DNA of 64,000 bases from Botryllus schlosseri (GCA_051294905.1 CM119371.1:16680001-16744000), one strand, 5' to 3'; shown: positions 25,757-39,462, numbered from the stretch's first letter. The notes: generated from the letters alone by a model not told the origin. A program made the numbers and translations.

Positions 25757-26276
25757 TAGGGCTGGGCAAAATCGAGTACCTGAGTGATTCGATTCTGAAT
25801 CACGTAATATGCTTCGAGTCGAGTCGAGTAACCGAGTATCACCGTTTATGACGTCATACCAGAATGTAAAACGCAAAAGTTCAAATATGTACAGTTAATG
25901 CCACCACAAAGATTATAATGCCTGTAATCCATCTCATAAATGATACTTTGGTATTTTTCCGACCATAACGATTTCATTCCACGTGGTGACAATGTTGTGG
26001 GATAATCGTGACTTCGGAAATGTGTTGTTATGTCCAGTAACCTTCGTAGCTTTGTACTATATGTTTCGTATGCTACGATACCGCCAATCAAGGTTTCAAG
26101 AATTCAACAGCGAAAATTAGTATGGACACTATAATTCTCGTTGCTAAATTAACTCTCAGTGGCGAGGAGCGTATAATGTCAGTACTCGAAACAATCGTCT
26201 TTTACTACTCGACTCGAATCATTAAAATTAATACTCGATTCAGATTCGAGTACTCGAATCATTATGCCCAGCCCTA
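25757..26276. mobile_element. hAT (Ac-like) MITE with CGAGT/ACTCG motifs
   Basis: TIR TAGGGCTGGGCA; TSD GTCACCAC/GTCACAAC; inverted copy at 33992-34477. Confidence 0.9.
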
Positions 26277-26963
26277 GTCACAACACCGCATAATCTGAGT
26301 GAGTAGTTAGCAGAGCATCGAATTCGATTTCCATTGCCGCAGGCGCGAAGTGTTGACCTAGGGAAGGCACACGCCCGGCAAGAGTTGGCCTAAGTAGATC
26401 AATAAATCAAAATATCTGTAGAAAAGTGACTTAGTTGTTTGCTTTTCACTTGCACAACTTAGATAAGACATAAGCAGCGGTATAGTCAATAAAGTTGTCA
26501 TCGTCGGTACTCAAGTAGTATTAGAGTAGCGATTCACAAGTAAGTATTTTAGGCCTAGATTTTCCTAAAAAGCGGAAAGCAGTCAAGTAGAAGAATAAGT
26601 AGTCTAAATCATAACCTTCTGCGAAAGTATTTAAAGTAGGCAAAAGCTATTCAAGGTACCTCGAAAAGTTGCAGAATTTCGTTACTGAGCTCCTCTGGGA
26701 CTAGGACAAAATTGTTTAACAGCCTGCTTCCTGAATGATGCGACGCTTAATTCGGACACTCTTGTTCCGCTCACTTTTGGTCGAGTTAAGCGTGGAAACG
26801 GCTGTGTCAGAATTATTCAATTGTTTGTTTCGGGGCCATACCTAAAGGCACACAATGCTAGAAAAACTGGATGCTGGCTAATTAATGGATTATAGCTGCG
26901 CTGCATTGCAGTAAGCGGCACTGATAAAACGCACACTAGTTATGCCATCATGTCAGTTGCATC

Positions 26964-28520
26964 TAGGGTTGTAATTGAAACAAATGGTTGTTCAACAAAC
27001 TTTGTCTAAAACATGTTTAAACAGTGTTTTAAACATTATCTATTAATTTTTTTTTTAGTTGTATGATTATGCCATAATTGTATAAATACTTTAAAAAACG
27101 ATACTGTATGAGCCCAAGGACGATTGCCATCCGATATAACTGTCGTAAATGATATGGGATGATATGGTTGGAACCCTCGAAATTGTCGGTTAAACAGCTA
27201 TAGTACATAGATACAGAACATTGATACGGATGAATGTTCTGATGATGATAACCGCCGACCGTAAAACATGCTGCATGACGATGTAGTCCTGGTTACAGAT
27301 ATTTTGGTCCGTATATGAAAGGTGTTGGAAGTAATGATGGTGTGAACCTCTGTAAGGTTCAAGTTCATGTGAACGCGAACCTTTTTGAAAGGTCCTGTGT
27401 GAACGCGAACGTGAACCTCATGACGCCACGTGACGTCCTATTGCTAATCCCAACCCTATCTTTCAATGAAGTAATAGCCTATATTAATGTGCACGATACC
27501 CAGCGACGACTCGGGCCACATAATGCCACAATGCTGAAGTACATATTGGCGTTTTAGGTCGCTAAATGTATCAACCTATAGGCAATCAGATGATACAATA
27601 CTCCCATAAACTCAATATCATCCGTCGCTTTCCCAACAATTTCGACGAGAACTTATCCAGGGAATATAAGCTTACGCCTTAACGGTCTTGGCCATACCGG
27701 ACAATGTATTCGGCGTCATAGTGTTGCTGCATTGATATTGAACAGAGTGTAAAACAGGTTTCTATAGGCCTACTTGCTACCGATATTAGACTGCCCCACA
27801 AGTTATACGGCGGTAGCCAATACCTCAATCGCACGGATTTGGTTTCAATGATACAGTTAACATATGAAGTCAAGATTGACCCCGTACGCCTGCTAGGTTT
27901 GTTACATCAAAAAACGATATCAATCTCATTGATTGGTTGAATAAGCATATCATTCGCTGACTACATGTAGTGTATTTTGCTCTTGATGTTGTGTGATTGC
28001 GGGAGAGTCACTAAATATTCACAAACGGAAAGCTGGATATTTCGAGTAAACTTTTGTAACGAAGCAAGTAAAATTTTTAGGATTGTCAAGGTGCCTGCTC
28101 GTTTTGTGTTGATTTTTCTATACATAGAGTAACCCACAGTTAAAATGCAATAAATTCGAACCAAAGATGTCATAATGAAATGAAAATTGTAATATATGAA
28201 AAAAGTTCCACAGTGCAGAACCTACCAAGGTTCTGTTGTGAACGCGAACCTCCAAATTTCCGAGGTTCACACACAGAACGCGAACGTGAACCTCACCTTC
28301 ACACCATCCCTAGTTGGAAGCTTATTTAGTCAAAGGACCTATATTTACCCTATCTTTGCAATTGGTAATGTCAATCCGCTACAACGTCACAATTGAATAT
28401 TCGTGACGCCATGACTGAAAAAAAGCAAAAATAAAACAAACAATAAATACTTGTTTTAAACAGGGGCCTTGTTTTAAACATGTTAGTCTTAAATAGATTT
28501 TTGTTTCAAATGCATCCCTA
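26964..28520. mobile_element. hAT MITE (AAACA/TGTTT-rich ends) split by the nested 981-bp element
   Basis: TAGGGTTG.A.TTGAAACAAA ... TTTGTTTCAAATGCATCCCTA; uninterrupted relatives at 37214-37636 and 51740-52125. Confidence 0.82.
27332..28312. mobile_element. 981-bp hAT non-autonomous element, copy 2
   Basis: Colinear with 21571-22551; exact TSD GTTGGAAG. Confidence 0.95.
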
Positions 28521-28682
28521 TAGTTGCACCGACCAATAATGCGATGCGAATGGAATCTACTCTATACTGTATTGCTGTTTAACAGACACATATTAAAGGT
28601 CAAAATCGAACAGTAATGCATCGAACAAAGTTTTTTTCTGGGTTCTCACTTGGTGGAGCGGGTTTAGTGAGCCGTGGACCCC

Positions 28683-28848
28683 ATCTCATCCGTGTAAGCA
28701 GTGTCTTATAAGAGCTTAGAAGAAGGCCGTGCTACAAGTCGGGAGCTACGGAATAAAAACATGTCGAAAAATTGGCCCGTTGTAAATGACCATATAGTAG
28801 TCAACAAACACCATGAATACTACAAACAACAACAACAACAACAACAAC
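28683..28848 (+). mobile_element. SINE family 1, 3' half with (CAA)n tail
   Basis: ATCTCATCCGTGTAAGC...GTGCTACAAGTCGG...AAATGACCAT.TAGTAGTC..CAAACACCATGAATAC(CAA)n. Confidence 0.85.
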
Positions 28849-29892
28849 ACACGTATAAAGGGTTAAAATCTAACAGTACAATTCGTCGAATACAGTTTTT
28901 TCCTGAGTTCTCACATGGAGGGGTGGATTTAGTTTTGAAATTGAAATCACGCGAGTCTGATCTCTATGTTTTTCGAGATACATTACCGGTCTCTCCTTGC
29001 TGGACTTCCCTAATGACACAGACGCGTGGACGCTCATGTTTCATAAAATCCTATCACAATGACCGAAAGTAGTATTGCGGCACTACAACTAAAATATTGG
29101 ATCATCAGATTCATCACACGACTATTTACGCTTCCGAAAGCCTTGGCAATAAAGAGAATTCTTTTGAAAATAACTTGTGAGCAGAATGTAATCGTGTATT
29201 CGAAGATTTATTGAGCAAATTGATGGTAGTCAAGTACCCGACGGATGCATCGCTACAGTGACATATAAGTATGCCATTGATAGATACACGTCCAACCATA
29301 TGCATCAAATGATTTATATCTAGAACCGGGATTCGTGGTCCCGGAGATTAACATTTATTGGTATAAGATGAATAGGATGCGCCAAATTGGGTGTAGCCTA
29401 ATAATTTTTTTGCCCCGTCATGCGACAGGCGCGTATGACGTCACGCGGTGGTGAAGATGATGATATTTGCTCAGTTTGCTCAGTGTAGTACGGTAAACAT
29501 ATTTATTAAGATTCGTAGCAATAAATTGCGGCAAAGGAGCATCAAGAATGTTTACTCTCCATATCAAAATCAAGCGAGACGTGCTAACTTTGAAACACTT
29601 AACGTTTTACCTGCGAATAGCTCAGTAAGGAACAATTGCTGCGGCACCGACGTGGGCCTATTAGCAATTTGGTTAATCAGCATTGAAAACTAGTGGAATT
29701 TTCATCCCCTTGCAATGATATGTGATGAGTAAACTTTTGATTCGGTGGAAGGAGCGCTATATGATAGTGAAGGATTTTAGATATAGATGCTGGTGTGTCC
29801 GATATAATTTGATGGATTCAAAATTATGCGAGTTTGATTTATAAGTACCTAATTACATTTTTGTTTGGATTACTTTATCAATTGCTAGTTTC

Positions 29893-30906
29893 CAGTGTTG
29901 GGATGACTCGAGTCATGACTTGACGCGAGTCAGACTCGAGTCGGACTCGAGTCAGCTTTTTCGTATGACTTGACTTGAATCGAGTCACTTTGCTAAAATG
30001 ACTTGACTTGACTTGACTCGGCCTATCAGAAATGTGGATTGACTCGTGACTCGGAGCAAAATTCACGAGTCAATTTCAAGTCATCAAGTAGTCGGTGTCA
30101 ATCAAAATCTCTGTATATTGCATATGTTCGAACTGTTCGCCAAACGCTGGGGAACCCGTGAGAGCGACCAATCATTCAATTCATACTGAACCTCCCTTGT
30201 TCTCTCACAAATAAATTGACCGCAAACGAAGTGATCGAAGCTTACAGCTTACGTTGTCGTAAACTAGCACAGTAAAGAAATTCTGTTCTCTGTTTGTACC
30301 TTAACCAAACCTATTGTTTTATTGAAACTGAATTCTAATATAGTTTATATAGCCTTCAATCATTGGCCCAGGCTCGAATTGTATCATATCGATTTGTGAA
30401 TGCGTAATGTATTACATTTTATCAATTCGTATCTATTCTCTATCTGGGCTGGTAACAATAAACAGAGGTTTAGCAGTCCTACTTATATGTGAGCGATACA
30501 GCGCCTTCTTGCGTATATATTTAACTTTATATTCGTCCATCGGTTCAAAATCAATGACCACTCAACCTGTATTTCAGACAGCTAGTTAAATGCAATGACT
30601 TAATCATGCCTCATACTTCGAAAAGGCAACTTGACTTGAATTGTGACTTGACTCTTGACTTGACTCGACTTGACTCGACTTGACTCGACTTGACTCGACT
30701 TGACTCGACTTGACTCGACTTGACTCGACTTGACTCGACTTGACTCGACTTGACTCGACTTGACTCGAGTCACCTCCAAAAATCGAGTGACTTGACTTGA
30801 CTCGAGTCACCTTTGAAAATCGATTGACTTAACTTGACTCGAGTCAAAATATGCAATGACTCGAAATGACTCGTGACTCGAAGGTAGTGACGTGATCCCA
30901 ACACTG
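29893..30906. mobile_element. hAT MITE with GACTC/GACTT arrays
   Basis: TIR CAGTGTTGGGAT / ATCCCAACACTG; exact TSD CTAGTTTC. Confidence 0.93.
30661..30767. repeat. Perfect tandem array (TGACTCGACT)n, about 10.5 units
   Basis: Read directly; lies within the subterminal region of the MITE. Confidence 0.97.
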
Positions 30907-31051
30907 CTAGTTTCATATAGCGTTGTTTGCTGCGTAGACATCATGGTAGACAGCTTACAGTTACCGCTTGCGTTATTATTTTGCCTTCTTCCCCATTATT
31001 CCAAATTGATTGCCTCTCCTCAGTCTCGATATAATACCTTATGTATTAGCC

Positions 31052-32185
31052 CAGGGGTTCTCAGTCCTTTCTTGGCCGTGGCCCATTTTCCGGTTTGAAA
31101 ATGTGCTGTGGCCCACCTCTAATCTTAAAGTCATTAATCCTGTTCAATGCGTGGTAATAGACGGCGCCGATATGCCTATTTCTCTAAAATATGCGCATTT
31201 TTCTCCTTATTTACTGATGAAATAGAAATATATACATGTCGTGGCATGAAGTCGCACGAAGCGCGACGAAAATTTTCAAGTTGAATGAATATGTTCCAAC
31301 AAACGACCAACGAAATTATCTTGGGCCCCTTCTAGCTCCCCCAATTGGTGGTTTGGGTGCGGCAGTTACGGCTTTTGGTAGATCATATGCTAAAACTTCT
31401 GAGGATTTTATGATCGTCCGCTGCTCCATTCGCTTCGCGAAACACAATGATCGAATTCCTGCATACAGTGTGTGATTTGGATTTTAGTTCCACTATTGAG
31501 GGGAATAGTATAATCATTATGGGTCGGTTCAAACAATTCATTGGTGAATGGGGTACTACAGAGGAGTGGAGAAAGATTTTGTTATTATGCATGCTGTACA
31601 ATGTACATTGTATGTCACGTGCTGAACCAACTGAAGTTGTGATGTCGGAATATTCAATCCAGTGATACTATCAATTCATGTGACTCAAACTCCAAATACT
31701 AATGCGCTCCGCTGAATCCGCAATCCATTACTCTTCGCTGCGGAGGTGCAGTATATCTCCACCAGAAGTTGCTAATAATTTGCAATTATAGCCATTTTTA
31801 ACTTGCAATAATACGACCTGGCGAAGTGCAGTAAATCTATACATCAATTACACTTCATTCCGAGTTTATTGCACACCCTTTCAACGACATATGACCCTAC
31901 TTGGATACTTCAGCATTACCTCCCAGGTATTATATACGTGAAATTATTTTAGTTCCTGTTAGCCATAGGTAGTCATAGCCAGAGGAAAAAGCCGCCATTT
32001 CTGCCTCCCATTTTCGACTTGAAATGCTGACTCCATACGTACCACTACGTCTCATCAGAGTCGGATGAAAAGCTTTCTGTAGCCTACTTACATTATTTCT
32101 AAAATTTTCCAAATAACTCTCTGGCCCACCTCAAATGCTGTTGTGGCCCGGCAGTGGGCCATGGCCCACCCTTTGAGAACCCCTG
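31052..32185. mobile_element. hAT (Buster-like) non-autonomous element
   Basis: TIR CAGGGGTTCTCA / TGAGAACCCCTG; exact TSD TATTAGCC; TGGCCCA subterminal motifs. Confidence 0.93.
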
Positions 32186-33765
32186 TATTAGCCCTAATGC
32201 ACAAACACCATAACGATGAAAATAATATAGTGTTTTAATTCCACGATCAGATCTACTTTTTTCAGCGTTCCGGGTAATCAAGGATGCATCCTAACTCCCT
32301 GACTTTTGGGATTGATAGGGATCTTGAATATATCACGTGTGATGTACATTAATCGTGTGTTCAGATTGTACGATTCAGATACACACTGGTATCATTGGCA
32401 TAACAGCAAGAATATTGTAAAGATAAATAGCGGACAGAGCGTGATAGGGCAGAATGTCGGATGTCACTCAATCAACATCTAAGGTATGCTGTAGACCGCG
32501 AAACCATGCAGCCGAAATCGAGTATATTAAACTCTCGTTATAGCCATCCACAGCCGAACGGAAAAATGGACCTCCGCCCTTACCACCAAAACCGAAAATC
32601 AGAGGGCTGTCAGGCAAGTCTGCTTATTTCAAAAAGTTTCAAGAACTTCGCATGGGAATTGAACCTTAATTGCTTGCTAATAACTCATCCTTACAGAAAT
32701 TTTTGCATACACAATAAGTTTTGATTTGTTCAACATCTGGGTTCGACCTCATGTAGATATTTCGTTGATGTAATGGGAATGCTTTCCTCGTAATCAACAC
32801 TAATACTCCCAATCATGTTGAATCTTTATATTGTCAATCGTGTACATTCAAGTTCCCGTTCCAATATTATATTTTTTGAATCCCCGTTTGACAATATATT
32901 CAATTGGTTGCGCAAATATGTGAAAATATATGCAGCATGTTATTCTCGTTTATGGTCACTCTTTACTTCACGAGAAAACCTGCGACAGCAGTTCTTCATC
33001 GATGAATAGTAGGGCAAATTTCTGTTGCACTAAAAACGCGAGAGAGCTGCACTTCATTTTAGCAAAAGTTGCAGTAAGAAGTTGCATTTATATTTTATTT
33101 GAATTATTGGCGAGACCGCAGAAAAATACATTATTTGCAAGTACTCAGCAAGGAAATAATAATACAAGTACCAAGCCAAAAGTCACGCAGCAAATCGGTA
33201 ACCTATAAAACAACTCAAGTACCGCACCCCAAGCCCCAAGGGATTGCAAAACTAAGCGTTGGTGAATTTTTCAAAATGAATAGCATGGAAATGGGGGACC
33301 AAGTGAAAATATAATTTAAATAAATTTAAATAAAAGGCCTTTAAACGACAGTTGACCAATCAATCGCTCTACTTACAGCTAGTTCGGGCACAGTCGTGCT
33401 TGGCTGGAGTTGTTGAATTTCTAGCTTGAACCATTGCGTCAAATATAACATTGAGATGCAGCTAATCCATCGCATAGCTCTTTGTTAAGCAAACCAAAGA
33501 GAAAACCATACTTGAATCAGTCTATAGCGGCTTTTTAAATCACACCTTTGCATTTCGCGCAATACTTGATAAAGGTTGCAGTAAAATATTGCATGAAAAA
33601 ATGAAAAAAATAAAGTGAAAAAAGTGTCAATGTAAAATTTCTACAAACAGCTTAAAACATCGTACTACAAAAATTCCGAGTATTTAGGAGGCTAAATTCC
33701 GAGTATTTAGGAGGCTCCCGGAAGCGGGAAAAAGTTGCAAAAGTTGGAAAAGCCTGCCCCAGTAC

Positions 33766-35020
33766 TGGAGCGATTTTTTAACATGTCAAAAAAGTCAAAA
33801 TTAGGTCAAAATTGTAACGTTAGGTCAAAAAATGTTTAAATTGTTTACAAAGTTCAAACTTTTTGCAACCTGCATTGCGTTTGTATCGTAGATTTTGCAC
33901 TTTCGGTGAACTTATCATTTGACATTATACAGCTTGTAGCCTACGTTATAGGCCTACCGCGGTAGACAGCCCACTGTCTGCTTATTTTGAATAGGGGCGG
34001 GCACTATGATACGATAAATCGAATCTGAATCGAGTAATAATTCTAATGATTCGAGTCGAGTAGTAAAGTACAATTTTTTGAGTTCTTAAATTATACGCAC
34101 CTCGCAACTAAAAGTTAATATACTATCGAGAATTATAGTTTCGATACTATATTCCACAGAGGAAGCCTTGAAACCTTGATTGGCCGTGTTGCAGCATGCC
34201 AAACAACGTACAAAGCTACGAACGTTACTGGAAACGTTACTGAAAATAATACATGTCCGAAGTCATGATAATCCCAAAACATTGTAAAGAAGTGCAATGA
34301 AATAGGTATGGTCGAAAAAATACCAAAAGTATCTCTAACTGTGATGGATAACAGGCATTATGTTCTTTGTGGTGGCGTAAATGGCACATATTTGAACTTA
34401 GACACAGTACATTCAATTGAGACGTCTTAACGAGTGATACTCGATTACTCGACTCGACTAAATTTTGCGCAGTCCTAATTGTGAATCATGAACATTTAAA
34501 TGAAACAAATAGGTTGACATGGTGTTATAATCAACGTATCGAAATATCCTAACTGAGACAAGGCTGCGTGTGGATTGCATAGATCTTATATCAAGAAGCG
34601 CATGATGAAAAATTGTGATGTAAGCACCATTGCCAGAATGAAGCTACACGGTTTGTAACCAGCAGTGTACGCACAACGTCAGTGTTTTCAGCCAACAACT
34701 GCTGCTGTTGAACGTTATTCTCCATTCTTAGTAAGGACAGACACTCTCTACGCGAGAATGTAGGAAAGTATCTTTCGTTGTACTGCAAAATATTTTAATT
34801 ATATCTACCGTAATGCGTAATTTAAATGCTGGCATTCTTCATATGACCAGATTTCGTTAAAATAAAGTTTTTTTCATGTAAAATTTTGTCAGTTTTTGAT
34901 GCAAAAAATTTTGATGAGTATAAGTAGTAAAATTCCAACATTTTGAGGGAAAACACCTAATTTGCATACGCTAGGTCACATTTGGTCAAAATCTTCCATC
35001 TTTAGGTAAAAAACGCCCTA
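33766..35020 (+). mobile_element. hAT deletion derivative with a C-terminal transposase remnant, containing a nested MITE
   Basis: Inverted homologue of 60091-60868; GTCAAAA repeats; remnant QPTTAAVER near 34690. Confidence 0.78.
33992..34477. mobile_element. MITE, inverted copy of 25757-26276
   Basis: Colinear reverse complement; TSD ATTTTGAA/ATTGTGAA. Confidence 0.88.
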
Positions 35021-37213
35021 CTAATTACTGATCACTAAATAGTTACCACACTAATTATATTATTGTATTATATATACTATTGATAAGCGTTCATATCCAA
35101 CCAATGCTTATATTGTTTCGTACATTTCAATCATCTAAAATTATTGACATTTTTGTTATTCAGTTTCGATCAATTCACCGGACACCAATTCATCGCAGTC
35201 ACAGGTATAGGATCAATTATTGTTTTTTTCTTCGACCTATATAATATTATAGATTGGCGTTTATTCGGAATATGTATAAGAAGTAGTTTTGTACGCAACT
35301 TTTATTTTGAATGGGATATTATTTTGATGAAGAGCTATGCTGAAATAATGCAGTAATCGTAATTTTATCATATGCATATTCGTTGGGCGCATTAGTATCT
35401 ATATTTATGGAAATTCTACTTAGATTGTAAATGCCAACTACGAATCTCGGATAAACTGGAGATACAAATCACAACTTCGTATTTTTGTCACAAGATTTAA
35501 TTTCAAATTGGGTACCTCCACACAAAAAAAACAAAAACATGTGATTGTGAAAATCATCCTGAAACCATGTAATATGCTGATGTCATAGCACAATGCCGAA
35601 TGTATGCAATGTCGGAGCAGACAGATGAGTCAGCTAAATTGACTGCATTGACTACGTGCATTTCCTGTATTAGCGTACGGATAGCGAGTTTTTCTTATCC
35701 AATACAAACGTTTTTCTCAATGTTTATATCTGGTTACTTATTGCATTCTTATGATGCGGTAGCTTTCCACCGCAGTCATCCCGGTAATAACAATTTATTA
35801 CTTTTGAGGCTTCGCGTGTGCAAATATTTATTAAAAGCAAACAGTCAACCTGTACAATAGTGTATAGCTTGGTGATAGCACACGTGCATCTTATATTCTT
35901 GGAATGGCGAGGCGAATAAATTATGAGGTGTGTCATGACGTCGGACCAATGGTGTAATTTTTTGCCACGAAATAATGTGCCGACATGTGAAGACACCACT
36001 AACAGTTGGGTAATCCATGTTCTCCCAATCACAGTTAGTAACTCCATTCAGGCAATTTAAATTGGAGGATATTATCAGGGATAACCTAATCGGAATTTAG
36101 TCTCATATCCAGCATACCATTTGGATAGAATGATCATAGGTATGTGATTGGCCAGTGTGTGGTATGTATCACACCGGTGATTAACCTAACTGATTGCCTT
36201 TGGCTCTTGCTTGCAAGCAATAAATATCTTTATTTTTGGTTCCATCCTAATTTAAAGTCCATGCGCATCATCAATATTTTCCATCGAATAGGAAAAGTGA
36301 CATTTGAATCAAAATTGTATCAACTGTTCTTCGGGTCCATGCTCGCATCGCAGTAGCGCATCCTTTATTCGTCCTATCTGCCGCATGCAATAGGTGATTT
36401 ATTCAATGCAAGCCTAAGCTGATCGCTGATGGTAGGTTCACAACGATGTGATTTATCCTGGAACTAATGATAGTCTTCAGTTTCAGCCGCCGAGGGCGTT
36501 CGTTGATCCAATCTGGAACCATCCGCCCGCGTCTTCAAATTATTCCCAACCAGGTGATGTTTACAACATTAACTCATTTCGATGTCGTCATATTCGATTA
36601 GTGACATTGTGCGGTTGATATGGCTATTACTCCAAATCTGAGGTGGTCAGTAACGAAGTACTTCTACGTTTTTGGATTGGTCAAGTAGGTTTAGCTCACT
36701 TGCCGTACTTACCTAAATAGTTCTATTCATGAATAACTGCAATTCTACTTAACACCATTTTAGGCAGAACTTATTCAGACTTTGGATTTCGCCTATAGTA
36801 GAAAATAGTTCTAGGTACATTTCCATCAAGTTTACGAGTGAACTTGTCACTATGGCTTGGTTACAAAACCCTATATCCCAGTAGCTGAAAATTGAAACAA
36901 TTTCAAGTGTCATTGATCATTTTGCGTTAGTCGAAGAAGCACCTGGTAATTTAGAAAGCAGCCGCACCTTCGATTGACAACGAAAAGTATTCAATCCTCT
37001 ACCAAATTAACTTTTCGCAACTATGTAGTCGAGTAGCTTTTCTACTTCAATTTGAAATAATTTTGACGTGCTTTAATCCCGTTTCAGAAATGATTGACTG
37101 GCAAGTATAACTCAGTTAATGATACGAATTTCATAGCAAACGCAAATAGTGATTAGCCTTGACCTTTATTAATGACATATAAATATATATTCGCACTTCT
37201 TTCGCACGACATC

Positions 37214-37636
37214 TAGGGTTGCATTTAAAGCAAATGATTGTTTAAAACACTTTGTTTAAAACTTGTTTTAAACTGTGTTTTAAACAATGGCCTTTTTGAT
37301 TTTTTTTCTTCAAGTTGGTGAATTATGCCATAATTGTTTAATTTAAATGCTTACAAAAAGATATGTTTTATGAGCATGTGGACAACTACCGCCATATATT
37401 GTCGGCGTATACGATATGGGATGGTCGGAACCCTCACAGTAGTCGGTTCAACGGCTATAGTATACGCAGATATTTCGTCAAATAAGGTATATTTACCCTG
37501 TATTTTCAATTGTCAATGCCAATTCACTATGGCGGCACAATTGAATATTCATGACGTCATGGCTTGAAAATGTTTTAAACAAGGACCTTGTTTTATGCAT
37601 GTTTGTTTTGAATTTATTTTTTAAAATGCAACCCTA
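37214..37636. mobile_element. hAT MITE (family of 26964-28520)
   Basis: TIR TAGGGTTGCATTT / AAATGCAACCCTA. Confidence 0.88.
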
Positions 37637-37871
37637 GGCATATCTCTACCGAAAAAAAGGATATTTTAACCTTCCTTGCTAGTTGGCAGCCTTTTTACGA
37701 AGTGATCTGGCTTTCGGTGAAGTCAGTTACAACCCCGTATTTAATGTTATACTAAACAGTGCGACCGAATTACAGTGTTAATACTATGCTTTTTATCTAA
37801 TCGTTGTATGATTTTTGTTCTGTCCGAGTTGTGTCTTCCAACAGCTATGTTTTAAAATATATGCTGACCAG

Positions 37872-38092
37872 GAATGATGTTCTATTCAGATAAAGCCCCC
37901 ACAAGTCCAATACCGCCTCGCAGTCCCAGACATACCAGCATACCAGCATCCGACTGTTTTTACGAGCCAGGTATTATCACTTTAATACTTTACAACGAAA
38001 CCGTTGTGACACTGTCATACAAACAGAAACACCGAAGCGAAAACAAAAGGTCGACTCTTACGAAAATTGGAACGTTTCTTCAGGGATAAAAG
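37872..38092 (+). CDS. Two candidate N-terminal exons of the NACHT gene (37872-37970, 38027-38092)
   Basis: AG/GT-bounded, both phase 1-1 and open (MMFYSDKAPTSPIPPRSPRH...; TPKRKQKVDSYENW...); phase-compatible with the acceptor at 39463. Confidence 0.5.
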
Positions 38093-38637
38093 GTATCGTG
38101 CCGATCTAGTCTTTTCCATTCATAGTGATGGACTTACCAGACTAAAGCTCTATCGCCGATATTATCTAGCAATCGTGTAGCCACACTTCTCAGTATGGCG
38201 TCAAAACTGGATACGCATAAGTCAGATCACTACAAGACAGACGCTGCTAGGTGATTTGCCAAAATCAATATATCCGCCTCTATATGACCCATGACGTCTG
38301 ATCGATTTTAGACGTACGCCCATCACATCAACTGTCTCACTGCAATTACCTTTTCTGTACGGGTTGCGCCTACAAAAGTAGAGTAAACCAGAAGTAGATA
38401 CTTCTCTTCGGTAGCGCACGTTGTATTGCTTTACTAATTGCAATACATTATTGTCACTTGTCTCAATGGTTCTGTGTTCTTTATGGCTCATCATTCGCCA
38501 CTTGGAGTTCTTGGGAGTGCATGTGCGTGAGTGATGCGGTCACAATCGGCTTATTTATTTTGTTGTTGTTGTTTTAGTTCGTTTATTAGTTATCACAGCA
38601 ACTTGGTTTATCTTCATTAGGATATTACCAGTGAATC

Positions 38638-38692
38638 AGGTGACGAGATAGCGCAGTGGTGTGATCCACAGCTGCAACGCTTATGAGTCGTG
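38638..38692 (+). mobile_element. SINE family 1 head fragment, truncated at the family 2 SINE
   Basis: GTGACGAGATAGCGCAGTGGT..ATCCACAGCTGCAAC matches 25202-25243. Confidence 0.75.
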
Positions 38693-38696
38693 TAAT

Positions 38697-39072
38697 AGAG
38701 GAAGCGACTGGCGCAGTTGGTTAAGCGCCAGCGTCACGACACCGAGAGTAGTGGTTCGAATCCCGATTCGGACCAACTTTTATGTGTCGGAGGTTTCTCT
38801 GGGCTCCTCGTCGTCGACCTCACTGCAGTTGCAGTGCATTGAAAAGCCCAGACTGAGAGTGAGCCGTGCTACAAGTCGGCAGCAAAGACCACGAAGGGGA
38901 CGCATGGGTGTGAGAGAGACTGACATCTGAATGAGCGAAAAATTGAAGAAGTCGTCTCCAAGATTACCAAAGACGAAGAAATATGAACATTACAAAAATT
39001 ACTGTCGTGGTGCACATAGCCTGGAAAAGGCGAGAAGCACCACTGTAAAATGCCAATAATAATAATAATAAT
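38697..39072 (+). mobile_element. tRNA-derived SINE family 2 with (AAT)n tail
   Basis: A box TGGCGCAGTTGG, B box GGTTCGAATCC, central body homologous to family 1, a different 3' region, and an (AAT)6 tail. Confidence 0.82.
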
Positions 39073-39462
39073 GTGCGACTAATTTCTACAAACAATGATC
39101 TGAGTTGATCAATTACGCTAGTAATATACAAATAAATTACGTGATTACGTACGTTTCCACAACTTTCACGGGAATGTCGCCGATAATATTACTTACAAGA
39201 GCCAACGGCATTAAACTGTAGTCCGGAGAAAAGTGTCGTAGTATCATAAATATATTTAATAGATAGTTTCAATAAGATAGAGATGGGACATAAATTATAC
39301 GGTTACGAATGGTTACTCCGTCAATCCCTGTATGTTTAATACTTGAAATATGAACATGAGCATTTCATTTATCATGGACAGGGAATAGAGCGTTCAATTT
39401 TTAGTGACCTGCCCCCGAACTAGGCAATGGAACAGAATGTACAGAGTGTTATTTCAAAACAG

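Noticed and set aside
30604..30810. Repetitive ORF (SSQVESSRVK)n, or a CRISPR-like array
   Set aside because: It is a translation of a spacer-less 10-bp tandem repeat inside a MITE.
6020..35204. Paralogy between 41-nt candidate exons at 6020-6060 (minus) and 35164-35204 (plus)
   Set aside because: Only a few shared residues (D.F...AV) and no neighbouring exons correspond; likely chance.
38701..38775. tRNA gene
   Set aside because: A and B boxes are present, but the acceptor stem does not pair and the sequence continues into a SINE body and tail.
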